A stretch of DNA of 64,000 bases from Harriotta raleighana (lineage: Eukaryota). A model generated the notes under the pieces. The model made no database searches, was not told the origin of the DNA, and saw only the letters and a list, made by a program, of their open reading frames with translations. Shown here one piece after another: positions 24,401 to 37,292 of the stretch (position 1 is the stretch's first letter; each line of letters begins with the position of its first letter). The stretch covers positions 2,391,030 through 2,455,029 of the forward strand of contig JBNZDD010013689.1 of the NCBI GenBank assembly GCA_050575255.1. Reading direction: 5' to 3'. The position numbers were made by a program, and so were the translations under genes.

Positions 24401-26150
24401 AAAAACAAACGACTATATAACTCAGATGGTAAAAGCTGTTGAGTTTATTGCAGCTAAGTTGCACACAGTGGTGCAGGGATATATTTATAATTGTTAATTC
24501 GCCCTGATGTTCCTTCTGAGAGGCATCAGTGCAATTTGCATTCATATCATCTCCATACTAATAGGATCGATTATGACTGATGTATCGCCCTGTCACCAAC
24601 TTTAAGCTAATCAAATTAAATGGAAGCACACAGACGGAGTGGACCTATTAAAGTGTGTTGTTTTAATATAAACAGGCGTGCAAAGCATATCGCTGGGATT
24701 GGAATAACTAAAAGCCTGTCACAGCCAAGTATCAGAGCCAGCAAACCTGACAGTCTACAGGACGCACCCAACAATCAGAAAATACAATTCCCTTTGATCG
24801 CCGTTTCAGTGAACGTCAAAGACAATTTATTCTGTGTACACATGAACGGATTTTCACAGCCTAGTTAAAGTGGAATCCTGTTACAGGCAATAGGTTGGGA
24901 CGGACAAAAGACATTGCACGTGATAAGGGAGCTATACAACTGCCTGATACATAACCACCACAATCAGGACCCAATAGCAACTTGCACAATTCAGAATATT
25001 GCCAGGAATTTGGTAACGACAGGTTGTCATGCACACAGCTCCCACTGTATAAATGCTTTGAGATATCATTTTATGTGAAAGGTGCTATGTGAATTCAACT
25101 ACAGACCTCAAGTCTTATTAAGAATATCAAATGTCTCATTTTTAAAAATAACTGCACTATTTATTATTTACTTGTGTAGCTTTTGATCCATTTGTTAACG
25201 ATATGGAAGCTGAGCAATCACTCTGAAAAGACGCAAACATTTATTTTGCAGCGGTTGGATTAGGTTGGCAAGGATTCAGTTCACCAATAATGCAAACATT
25301 TATTCATTGGAACACCCCACATCCTGCATTCATTTGCTACCCTTAAAACATCTCTATTTAATTCCCATTTTCAAACCTATCTCTCAATAACACAACAGAT
25401 TTCTCTGAAAATATTACAAAACTATGCCCTGATCAGAACAAGTGTGGATGTCTGAGCAGTTGTTGGAACCAGGGGGAGCAAGTCACCAATATGTAAGGCT
25501 TCTTTTGATAATATTCATATTCCGACAAGAACTAAATGAACACAGTTGAGAGATTTATCCTGGAACACCAAGTAACTCCTCAGGAGATCTTTCATTCCCC
25601 AGTACCTCGCAGAATGATTCACATGGGGGTTTGGAAGGATGGGGGGTGGTCAAATTTAACACAACATAATCTGCTCGTGGTGCATTGGGCAAGCGTTCTA
25701 TGTGGCATAATACTGAGCCACACAGACGAGGAAGGTCCCACATTCCACCCCTATTCTTTATTAAGCAACTCATTTATCTGGAGAAAGAGTAGTATTATAT
25801 TCCTGATTATCCTTTTCGGGAGTATGTAGACAGAGATCACCCTACAAATCCAAATCCAGCAACTCAAGATCACAAGATTGGATAAAGAAGGCCCTTCTGC
25901 TCATCCAATCTCATCCCTGCAGAATACCCATCCTCCCCTCCATTCCATCGCTGCATCAAGCTGCTTTTTATATGAATCTAATTCCTGACCTCTACCCTGT
26001 TTCCCGGCAACTTGTTCCAGTCATTGATTACCCTCTGCGTAAAAGAAATCTTTCTGATATCTGTCTCGAAATTGCCCTTCATAACCCTAAACCTATGTCA
26101 TCTTGTTCTAGTGTCATGATACATCCTAAAGCATTGATCTGGGTTTACTC
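21409..26150. repeat. About 2.37-kb near-identical tandem duplication around a single N (probable assembly artefact)
   Basis: 21409-23779 is repeated at 23781-26150 with N at 23780. ORF pairs are offset by 2372 (21792/24164, 22248/24620, 23164/25536). Confidence 0.95.
23495..23779 (-). mobile_element. Decayed CR1-like 3' end (duplicate at about 25867-26150)
   Basis: gaaggcccttctgctcatc ... ttgttccagtcattgattaccctctgcgtaaaagaaatctttctg resembles the reverse complement of a CR1 3' end. Confidence 0.55.
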
Positions 26151-28594
26151 CTGCTGTAAAGTGTGGATGTCTGGGCAATTGTTGGACCAGACATGCCCAA
26201 GACATCACTCCTCCTCTCTTCCCCTCATCAATTTGTTTCTTAAAAAAATGTCTTGCCAACCATCACCAGGCTCACACACCAAGAGAAATCAGAATGATCA
26301 TTGAACAATCTACCACCACGAGTCTCCACCACCTTAAAGAGATGGGAAATAAGTGTGAAGAAAAATAATTCACAAAGATTTCCCCAGCTTTTGTGGTCAC
26401 GTTGTCAATTTGAAAAAAAGTGTGTTTTTAACCAACCCCACTGACCTCCGTCCCTCCTGTTCAAAAAGGGCGTCAGTCGCAACAAAATGCACATGGGAAC
26501 ATTAACATTTTCGGAATATTTGCAGGAAAGAAAAACTACAAAAGACAAACAAACGTATTTTCCTAGTTTTGTTGTCCAGGTGATTCCTGAGCTATAAATC
26601 GCCCAGTGTAATTTTCTTGGTGTAAAATGTGAGAGAGATTACAAACACAGGCTGACACATCCTCTTACTCGACTGACAATCAGGGCACTTGTATTGCTAT
26701 TGTCAAGATTTCTCCCTGCACACCGGCGTTGCTGAAAGTGTCTCTCCTCTCCTTTGGGAGGAATATTGCAATACCTTTCAATCAGCAACCATTCAATCCA
26801 TTGTTTTAACCCACCGCAAATCAAGTTAACACAAGACAAAGCGCATCTAAGCACTGGGATTCTTGGGCTAAATCCAAGATAAATGTCCAATTTTGTATCC
26901 ATTAAGTTACCACTGATATTTTAAATATAATTCATGCATTTCCATTACTTGGCAGCCAGGATAAAGTGGGTAGTCACCAGTCTAAGATTTACTGGGATGA
27001 ATCTACAGATAGGGATGGTTGTACTCAAGAGGTTAATGGATATTGACCTACAAGGAGATAATATTGCAATCTCACATATTAATTCAGAAATTAGAGAGAT
27101 GACATAGACACAGGTGCAGAGCAACAGCACAAAAGGTCCAGGTTGCTCGAGTGGATGTGGTTTTTAGTCGGAGCTCGGGAGCTCTACTTTAACTGAAGGC
27201 TATTTTCCAGCTTTAATGAACTGCAAAGTGGAAACTGGCTATTCAGCCCAACTAGTCCACACCAGTCTTTATTCTCCACTTGAGCCTCTTTGTCCCTCAT
27301 CCATACATTCAGTTTCCTTTAAATACATTGAGGTTTCTCTAAAACTCCCTTTAAGTGACCAGCTTATATTTGCTAACAAGTGGAAACAGCTTATTTAGGT
27401 CCATCTTATTGAGCCTGTTCATAAATTTTCAAATAAGCTTCTCTTTAGTTCTCTTTTAATATAATGCTTGGATTATGATGTATGGCAGAGAATTTGATAT
27501 TCTTACCATTCGTTTTTTTTCTTCCAAACTCATTAAAAAAAAAATTGCGAATACTTTAAACTTGTGTCCTCTTGTTACAATGAGAAATAATGCACAAATA
27601 ACAGACATCCCAGTAAAGCTACTGTCTGGAGTGAAACTGAGCGTACAGATCCAAAAGGTTCCAGGTTTGACCCAAGGTTTATGTTGAGTTAGCTGGTCTC
27701 TGCTATATCAGCAGGAGCTTGTGTCAGTGCCTCATGAATGCAGAGCTTTTAAAACACAGCTATTTGTAACCAGTGACACCTGCTACAAAATTGTACATAT
27801 GTGTGAACAGGTTAGGCACTCACTCACACACGTACTCTCACGCACACTCACAAGAAGTTGCTTTAATCCAGCCCCATCTCGCTCCCCTTCGCACTGCAAA
27901 GAAAAACACTGAGAACAACAAACAACATTGCACTGAGCATTTCAGCAATTAACAAAATGCTAATCATCTTTGGCTCCCTCCAGAGAGATGTGATAAACAA
28001 CAGTTTAAAATCAGGAAGGCAGTGATAGATGTGACTTATGTAACCAAAAAATAATTAAAACACAAAACCAATACAGAACGGGTTGGGAATTCATTGCGTT
28101 TGGAACTCATAAGAGAGAACCTCATACCACCTCCCCACTCTTAAGCACATTTGGGTTACTTCACCAACAGTATCAGACCATCAGGCAAATCCACTTTTAC
28201 TTCAGGGACATTCATTAAAACAATGAGCTTCTGAAATAATTTATTTTAAATGGGCCACTTCAATTTTCAAGATGCACGATTATAAAATTAAAGAAGAAAT
28301 GCAATTGCGTTTGATTTATGGATTAGCTGATCAGGCTGGTTTTGCAACAGCTCGACCTTATGTCGAGCACAAGGAAAGGTTTGAGAGAGATGACTGAGCA
28401 GGTACAAAACAATGGCATATTGTTGACGGTTGGGAGGGAATAAAATCTTCCTCGCTTAAGTGAACTCCAAAAACCAATTTGGGAAATAGTCCCTCTTGCT
28501 CATCAACATAATATCAGCTGTTCCCCTTACACTTACTATGTTTTAAGTGACAAACACCCTACAAAATCAGTCCATGTCCCAATTTTCAGGTGCA

Positions 28595-28925
28595 ACTCAA
28601 CTTGATCTTGGTGATATCAATACAGTATCAAGTTCAAGTGTCAACTTGTTGGTTGCAGTTACAAGGGGTGTGGGGCATTGTCCAAATGTTCTATTTGTTG
28701 AATGAGATGCTAAGCCAAGGTTTTGTCTGCTTACGAAGGTGGATGTTATAGATGCTGTGACATTATTCGAAAAGAGAAAGAAGATTGACCAGAGTCCTGG
28801 CCATTCATTTCATGGCTGTCTGTGAAATATTGCTATGCGCAAATTGGCTGCCACATTTGCCTAAAAGTACACAGTTTCTATACATCATTGTGAAAAAACC
28901 TGTGAACCATTTTAAGCCACTTTGG
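28595..28925 (+). mobile_element. Old Deu-type SINE
   Basis: gaatgagatgctaagccaagg ... aggtggatgttatagatg ... ttgctatgcgcaaattggctgccacatttgccta. Confidence 0.6.
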
Positions 28926-29940
28926 CACATACGTTTCCCATCCTCTTAACTGTTCAGAGAAAGAGCGATGGGAGTTTTTCACTGTCGCAGCATTGTGAGC
29001 ACATTACCCCTAGTGATGTACTCAAGATTTGCACGACAGGATTACGCATTTGTAAACACAAACGATGCAAAAAGTCAATCAAATCCTTTTCACAAACATA
29101 GACAGAAGATACCACACGGAATAATATATCATATTTAAGCATTGGATGGAGTTGGACAGCAGCCACATATTCACAACAGTGGTCTTTCTGTGCAATATGG
29201 GCAGCTCTATTCATTGTTAAATTGTGGTCTCAAATCAGAATCTATTCACTGTCCAATGAGTAAATAATTTTACAGTAATTGTTTTTTTAAGAAAAACTTT
29301 TACTGCAATCCTCAGGGGATTGGATCAAACTTTTGTTCTGCCTTAAATGTGCACAGTCTGACAGCCCACCCAGAGACATGGTGTTCCTGCTATTGGAGGA
29401 GCCCAGGGTACAGGATCCACAGATTATTAAGGATCCCAAAACAGATCCCAAAGTACACCGATATAGTTTCTAAACTGCTCATTATTCCGACAAAATCTGC
29501 ATTACAGACTTGCTGCAGACGTTTGGCTCAGATTTATTTATTTATTTTGGGCGTAAAACACAGAGGGATGTTTAAAAACGATTCCCCCCCTCACCCTGAT
29601 CCTAATTAGTGAGCCTTTCCTCAGATTAGCAGTTTCCAGGTTGCAGTACTTCCTGCTGAAGTGTGACCCGAGTATCTCAGTGTAGGGATGCACATTGTTC
29701 CAGCCATGGCTGGAGCCCTCCTAGTGGCACAATATAAGTCTCTTCCACCGTAAGGGGTCAGGGACAAGGACCTCAATCAGCTGCATACATTTGATCTGGA
29801 AATGCTGATGACTTATCACCAGCAAAAGGCTGCTTTATCAGCACTCACAGAACCTTCCACTCCCTACTCGCCTCCAACCTCCTTCAACTCTGGGTAACAA
29901 AAGATTAAACAGAGATTCAATCTATCTTCGGTGACATTCA

Positions 29941-30122
29941 AATAATAATATTCCTTGTGTTTGATATAGCGCTTTTCATATCTTATCGACGTCTCAAAGC
30001 GCTTCACAGAATATACTGTAAAGTGAATTGACTGTATATTTGTGGGCAAAATGCGGCAGTCAATTGCAGTGTCCCACAAACAGTCGTGAATTGAAATGAC
30101 AAATTTTTACTATTATGTTATT
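29941..30122 (-). mobile_element. SINE 3' two-thirds
   Basis: ttgatatagcgcttttcatatcttatcgacgtctcaaagcgcttcacagaatatactgtaaagtgaattgactgtatatttg is the reverse complement of the family tail and core. Confidence 0.85.
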
Positions 30123-32007
30123 AATGGAACACTTCATGCTTCAAGTGCAAATCACATTAATGTAATTTCATATAATAGATGAATTTGTCAATAGTTTCTT
30201 GAACTGTGCAACAAATTGGGTTTCAACCTTCCTCCAGTCTAGCAGATGTTTCTCTGTGTTCTTTTAAGTCTTTGACTTGAATCCTGCTTAGTTTCTATCC
30301 AACTCAAAGGTGAAGAGTCAAGGCAATGACTTGAAATGATGTGGAAGAATTGACAACAACTTGAATTTATGTTTGCTTTTAATGTGGGACAAATGTCTTG
30401 ACTCGCTACATAGAGCACGAAAGAGCATCAAAGCAGAAGATTTGTGACGGAATTTGTGGCTTTGCTAAACGTTATTTAGCTCTCCCTTTTTCTGTGCTGA
30501 AGATGAAATTGCTGAAAATCCTGAATATAAATCATACTTAGGTAGAAGATAATATAATTATATTACATTTGATACAATGGCTTATCATCTCATTGAAAGT
30601 CTCAAAGCACTTCTCAGATTTTACAGTGAAGTGTAGAGATGGTGTATTCGAAGATAAATGTGGAGATCAATTTGGACACAGGAATGTCCCACAAGCAGCC
30701 AAGGAATGAACAAAATATATACCTCTGTAAAATAGCCCACTGGCAACCTAGCATTTTACAGGATCTCAATTCTGTTTGGAAAAGAAGACATATAGTGAAA
30801 TGTTAAACCAGCAGAGAGGGAGAATTTTTTTTAAAAACCTAATTGATGATTTAGCAATGGCATGCTAGGAGCAGGATGGATGGAAACTAAATGAAGAGGA
30901 GGGGGAAGTTACACATAAAAATACCCCCAAAGAAAAATGACTAGCTTTGACACAATGCTTTGACATAATGAACAAATATTTGGATTTGAAAGAGTTTTAG
31001 TCTATGACACAATACGAGAAGCAAAGGAAAAAAGAGCCCATGGCATTGTGAAGGAATGAGAAGCAAGATTCTTCCGGTGGTTTGGACAATAATTCTCAGC
31101 TAAAATTGATCATACACTTCATGGCTGGACATTGCTGTATGAAAATTGTCTGTCGCATGTGTCTACAAGTACACAATTACTACACTTCTCTGTAAAAATA
31201 CTGTGAAACCCTCCAAGAAGTCTTGATGAGATGATAAACCACTATGTCAAATGTAAGATGACCTGTTATTATTATATCAGAGACAACAAAACTAGATTTA
31301 TTTGTGTCTCACAAGTGTGTGCAGACACAAGCACACAAATGTTGGAATTTTTCATTGAGAAGGAATTGGGCTCAAGATGCACAAGAACATTTTTATTATT
31401 ATTAACCTGTGAGTGAACATGTGAGTGCATTAAAACAACACATTTTTCAACCATAAAAACAACTTTCTGTCACCCTATCTTAGACACATTTGGCAGTAGA
31501 ATAGAAACAGCTCTTGTTACGATTTTGTCAAGAACAGCACATTCACAGCCATTTCCCCTCAGTGTTTGACCCGCAAGCTTTGAACAATTAGCCACTAATA
31601 CAACGAGGAAATCACACAAAAACCCAAGGATCTGATCTTCCTCTTCTCCAAATACATTAATGTTGGAAGGACAAGCTTTTCACGAGTCCATCAACTCAAT
31701 CACAAGTCCTGACAATGCTATGGTTTTGAGGGGTGTGGGAAAAATGGATTAAAAGCACATGGCACGAGCTTTAACTTGTAAGCGGTCGTAGGTAATTTAT
31801 TACGGTTTGCGAATGAGCCACAGCTGAAACTGATCCAAACGTTTCTGTTGTGTCAAATGGAATTAATTCAGACCACTTCCTGTGGTAGGGTGGAGGCTTT
31901 GATGTACCAAACAGAATTGGTTATCCTGCACAGACTCAGACAGAAGCAGTTGATTCAAGAGCTCATAAATCCAATATATCAAGAATCACACTTCGCTTCA
32001 GTGCTGC

Positions 32008-32070
32008 ACGGGTTGCCAGATGTTGCAACTGTAATGTCCCTGGCCACTTGCTGTTGAATCTGGCAACGCA
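32008..32070. mobile_element. Very short TIR-bounded remnant, hAT-like (MER53/Blackjack-type ends)
   Basis: GTTGCCAGAT at 32012-32021 and ATCTGGCAAC at 32058-32067 are perfect inverted ends. No clear target-site duplication. Confidence 0.4.
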
Positions 32071-32912
32071 AAGACCCTTAGAGGACATCTGGATTGTGTC
32101 CCTGCCAGCAATCCCAGCAATTCAGGTACTGCACTTCCTGTTATCTAAGAAAAAGATTAAAGACACATGCTCTTCTCCATCCACCACCTTCCACCCCTCC
32201 CTACCTATCCTATTAAAAATTCATTCTCCCCACATTGAAGAGTTTTCAGACGGTACCAGATATCTAATGAAATGAGGTCTGGAAACCTGGGAGTCATTCA
32301 GGGGAACTTGGCAGGAACAATGCAAAGGTGTCATCCTCCAAACCTATACATACTGAACTGTAACTTGATATCTAATTGTACTTAGTAATTTGATATGCAA
32401 GGATTGTACTAGTCTCTGTGAAGGGCAATGCTGCTGAATTAAGATTTGTTCTGCCAGTGGAGAGACCATTTCAAAAGGATATCTTTCTGAAAAACATTAA
32501 CCATCTAAAAACGTAATTATTTCTTAACGTCTTGTTAAATACACAGTCACTCCACCTCACAGGAAAACCTGTGAAGAGGTTTGGATCGTCCTCTTGACGT
32601 GAAAGGCACCATCTCAAATGCAAGGATTGTTATTATTATCCATCCCTTACCAAGAGAAAACTGGAAGGTTAATCTGCCATAAAGCCCTACATCAAACAGA
32701 AGTATTTTTATTAGTAATATGTAGTGCAGTTATATTCAAAAATATACACAAGGCACACTAGCATTGTAATAATTTAGATGCCAGTAGGATTAAAAAGAGG
32801 AGGCAATTGTATTGTTCTAAAACCTATGGTACATGACATTTTGTTAGGTTTCTCACACACAAATTCCATCTCTCGCTCAGAACTGCCTGCCATAGACCAA
32901 GGGAAGAGGGGA

Positions 32913-32949
32913 AAGGGTAACGACATGGAGTTGCCATGTCGTTACCCTT
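32913..32949. repeat. Perfect 16-bp inverted repeat with 5-nt spacer
   Basis: AAGGGTAACGACATGG-agttg-CCATGTCGTTACCCTT. Confidence 0.95.
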
Positions 32950-35900
32950 GCAAGCCAAGCCTGCTAGTTCAAAGTGCAGGATAAGGTCCCATCAGCTCTC
33001 TTACCTGCAGTTTGTGTGCAGTTCAGCATCAGGTAGATTGACATGTTACTGAGTAAACAAAGAACTGCAAGTGATTCAACCCATGCAAGATTGTTTATTG
33101 TTTTATAAATCACCTAACGCAGGAAAATACTACAAGCAAGGCTTAAAATACCAGTGAGAAGGGTTATTTATCAACTTGTTTCAGGACAAAATTTACCTAA
33201 ACATGAAGAGGAGAGTAGAGGATAAACCATCTCATTCATATATGTGGGACAGGATCAGCAACAGCTAGTTGTTGTGGTCGCCCACGCAATGATCAGTGCA
33301 CTTCAAAGTGAGTGGTGGTGCGAACTGCTTTGAGACATTTTGATATGATATGGTGCAATATCAAAGGCACCGTATCAAGTGCAAGTATTATAAAAGCTCA
33401 TTACTTACAATTGCAAAAAGAGGGAAGCCTCAGGGATGCTAAACATACATGTGTGGGTATATATTTTCAGATGTTTAGCAGCAAAAATGTCTTCCAAACC
33501 TCCTTTAAGTTGATGAAGGCAGTCGATGAGACGGCATAGACAGTGAGCACTTGTACAGAAATAGCAGCCACTCAATGCTGGGCTAAAGTCTTCAATCGGT
33601 CAGCCTCAAAAAGAAATGTTTGTCCCTCAAAGCTATGGAAATTTTTAAGTCTGCGGTAATCAAGTTAAGCTACCAGCATCTGACACCCATGGACTTACTA
33701 GCCTCCCAATGTCACTTGAGGCCTTGCTGAATCTTGCAATTACCCATCTGTCACATCAGCAGTCACTTTCACGGGAGAGATCCAATTTCTCCCATCAATG
33801 ATTGGCATGACATGTCATGTGATAAATCCACATGGTGGGTGGTGGGGGTGGGGGTGGGGGGGGGGAAAGAGAGGGCAGGGAGGAAGAGAATAGGATATTA
33901 AAATTTACTGCAACTTAAATATCCATAGGAAAGAGCAAAACAACAACAAAAATCACTGAAATTTATGCTTTGAAGTCGCAGCAGCACATATAATATCAGA
34001 GTGGTGCACAATATTGTCACTGCTGATACAAGCTCAAAACTGCACATTAATTGCTGAGAAGTGTGATTCTATTTCTGAGAAGTGTGTTTCTATTTTGTGG
34101 GTCACTTTCACCCGTGCACTTGCACATTTTCTTCTGAGACACTGAAGGCTGGTTTATTAGGACTCCTGTAAAAAATGCACCAATTTCATAAAAAGCGAAG
34201 GAAAGCTCAAAACTATGGAGAGGATAATGATTTCTCTCCTTTCTCCACCCCCACCCCCCACCCTCACACACACAATCTCCCTTGCCAATGCCTGCTTTAA
34301 TGAATATTTAAAACCGATAGTGACTCAAATTAACCCAGAACTCTTTGAATGTTCGGATTACGCTAAACCACAGATTGGTTAACCAGCACAGAACATGAAT
34401 TCTTTGTAAACACTTCAACTAGTGTCTCTGATGCCCAAGTAAACAAACAGATCATGTAGTATGCCATTCTCCTAACAAATACAGTCACTGCTTTTTACAG
34501 AAAATCCTGTCAAATGCTTCGAAAGGTCTTCCCAATGTAAAAAGCTCTATAATTTTAAATGCAATGATTTATTTATTGATTGAGAGCAGCATTGCAAAGC
34601 TCAATAAGATAAAGTGGCAGGAAAAAAAAGTTAGAGACTTTGATCTTTTCTCATACAGCAAGTTCCCAAGTTTGGAAATGTTTTTTAAGGGGGTTGACCT
34701 AATGAGATTCAGCACATACACTGGAATTATGGTGAAAGAATGAGCAAACAATCTATTCGCAGCAAGACTTATACAGAGCTACTCATTGTCAGCAAAACGG
34801 TAAGCTCATAATAAGAATACCCGACAAATCTCAACCGAGTAACACATAGTACAGAAGATATAATAGACATTGAAAGCAGTTCATTAATAAAAGCATGTGT
34901 GTACTAGTTAATATAATCAGATGGAATTTTGTGAGTCACTTTTGTGCACAAATTGGCGGTGTGTTCGCCCATAAAGAAAATACAGTCACTACACTTCACG
35001 ATAAATCCTGTGAAGCAATGTATGGCATCCTCCTGATGCAAAAGGCATAATTTCAAATGCAAGGATTGTTATTAATCCCAGATGCCAGCATAAAATACTT
35101 CTAACCACTATACTATCACTGCAGTGGAGTACTAACCCCAATGTGACGAGTTTACCATTTGCAAACATTACTTGGAGGAGATTTGCTCCAAGCCCAGTGG
35201 TGTTCAGATACTGAATAGTCTGGAGCATCAGACAAGACTCTTAATTAAGCACTGACCCACTGATCTACTGCCAAATGTTCGTGACAATCAGCAGACACCC
35301 ATCTGCTGTAGGTCTCTGCGGATCAGCTAGATAGCAGATCACTTTACAGTCGGTACCTTCAATGAAACAAGTGACCGGGAATTAGTTTCGCTGCAAATTT
35401 GGAGTCATTAACCGTCATCTGATCCATTCAGATCAGTGCCAAATATGAACAAATGAAGTGTCACTTCAACCACTGAATAGATAAGAGATCGCCCTCAATA
35501 CTGTACTAGTTAGAACACTGTCACGACTGCATGAAGAAGTCGGAGGAACAGTGACACGATAGATGTTCACTGGGAGACTGCAATAAGTGCTTCAGCAAAT
35601 GACCACGGTGATGTTGGCAAGAAGAACTAGAAGCAATCTGTGTTTTGACAAGTAAAGGTAGATCAGTGGATTACAGTGAGGATTTCTTTTGCAAACCTTC
35701 TATTAAACAGGGAGTTGTGACAACAGAAGGTGTAGCTGAGATTGGAGTATATCAGAAAGCATTGTACTGAGAAGTGCAGGTGGTACGTTCGGATTGCATT
35801 TAAGATCACAAAGATTTTGTTGTGACTGTTGGGGGAACGGGACAGAAAAACTGTTTTGTTTAGTGCATGTATGCAGTTCCCTTTCTCCAACTTGCTCAGA

Positions 35901-36713
35901 ATACAAACTAGGGATTATCCTTACAACTCCCCCTTTTTTTTTAATGTGAACCACAACCCTTCAACCATAATTACCTATAATCTGACTGGATGGCTGCAGG
36001 GAATTCTATCAGCATTGAGTCATTTCTGTCTCTCATTAAAGTGATACTGTGAGCGGGTGAAGTACTCCAAGTCCAATATCATTTTAGTAGCGAAGAGGTC
36101 ACTGACCCCTATCCCAAGGCACAATAAAGTATACGGTTCATATATCTGGAAAGGCTATTCATCTCGTCAAAATATTTGTAAATTCCATTATTCCCCAAAC
36201 TGCATAAGGAAAGTGGATTGGTGTTACACCACAGAAAGCTCCAGTGTACATTATACTAGCTACATTATGACACGTTAATGCTGACAATCCATCAGACTCT
36301 ATAGATTAGCTGATTCTAACCAAATACCGTAATATACGTAGCGATGCAACTTATTGACCTCTGCAGAGATTTGTGACAGTGTTGAGCTACAGCAGAAGGG
36401 TAGAGGCCAGCTACAGACCTCTGGTGGCATGACCCAGGGCACAGACCTCTGTAAAAGCCTGTAACCTGCTTAGAAATCTTTCTCAATCCTCCGAATACAG
36501 ATGGTGCGTTATTTCAATGCTGCAATGAAGCATATTGTGTAGATGCTGTGGGACAGGGATACCCATTCTCAATATGTTTTGTCAGCAAACAAAGATGCAG
36601 CACCTGGTAAAAGGGTGAATCAACTACAGTATCATACCTAGAATTTCTTTATCTGCTTTAAGACTGTCTGCAGGTTCAACATATGTAAATTGCGACATTG
36701 ACTTCATGGCATT

Positions 36714-36856
36714 ATGTAGGGCATAGCTGTTCACAAATTGGCTAGAACGTTTGCCTACAAAAAAAATCACTGCAGCTTTCCAGTNATGTAGGGCATAGCT
36801 GTTCACAAATTGGCTAGAACGTTTGCCTACAAAAAAAATCACTACAGCTTTCCAGT
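36714..36856. repeat. 71-bp direct duplication around a single N (probable assembly artefact)
   Basis: 36714-36784 is repeated at 36786-36856 with N at 36785. One G/A difference. Confidence 0.9.
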
Positions 36857-37061
36857 ATTTCCTGTGAAGCACTTTGAAATGTCCCCCACCGTCCCCTGTT
36901 CCCCCAAGATGAATGGTCCTATATCAAACATAAGGATATCTTCTTTTATAACATAGGGCAGTTTGTACATATACCAATAATACAATGCATAATTTTATTT
37001 TCGGAGATTGCTGGTTAGGAAACCAAGAAAAATGACTGTTTATCTGATCAGCTGGGCAGTA

Positions 37062-37292
37062 CAACCACAACAACTTGGATTTATATTATGTCCTCCATGC
37101 CGAACAGCGTCTCGAAGTGCTTCCCAATAATGGATCCCGGGGCTGAGCCAGGGATACTATTGTGAGGAGAGAGGAGGTCAGAGAGGTAGGGGGGTGCAGA
37201 GAAGTGGAGCTATTTAAATACAAGCGTGAGAATGTTGAAATTGATCCTCTCCGGGACAGGGAGCCAGTGCAGTCCGGCAAGGACTGGGGTAA
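37062..37292 (-). mobile_element. L2 3' fragment with an internal deletion
   Basis: The tail matches 43012-43112, then jumps to gaggagagaggaggtcagagaggtaggggggtgcaga, which lies at about 43321 in the longer copy. Encodes an LHWLPVPERINF motif. Confidence 0.85.

Noticed and set aside
21329-25829. Paired ORFs suggesting a duplicated gene cluster
   Set aside because: The ORFs are short with no recognisable homology and recur only because of the N-centred duplication.
28350-28368. 7-bp hairpin GCTCGAC/GTCGAGC
   Set aside because: Short enough to be expected by chance in 64 kb.
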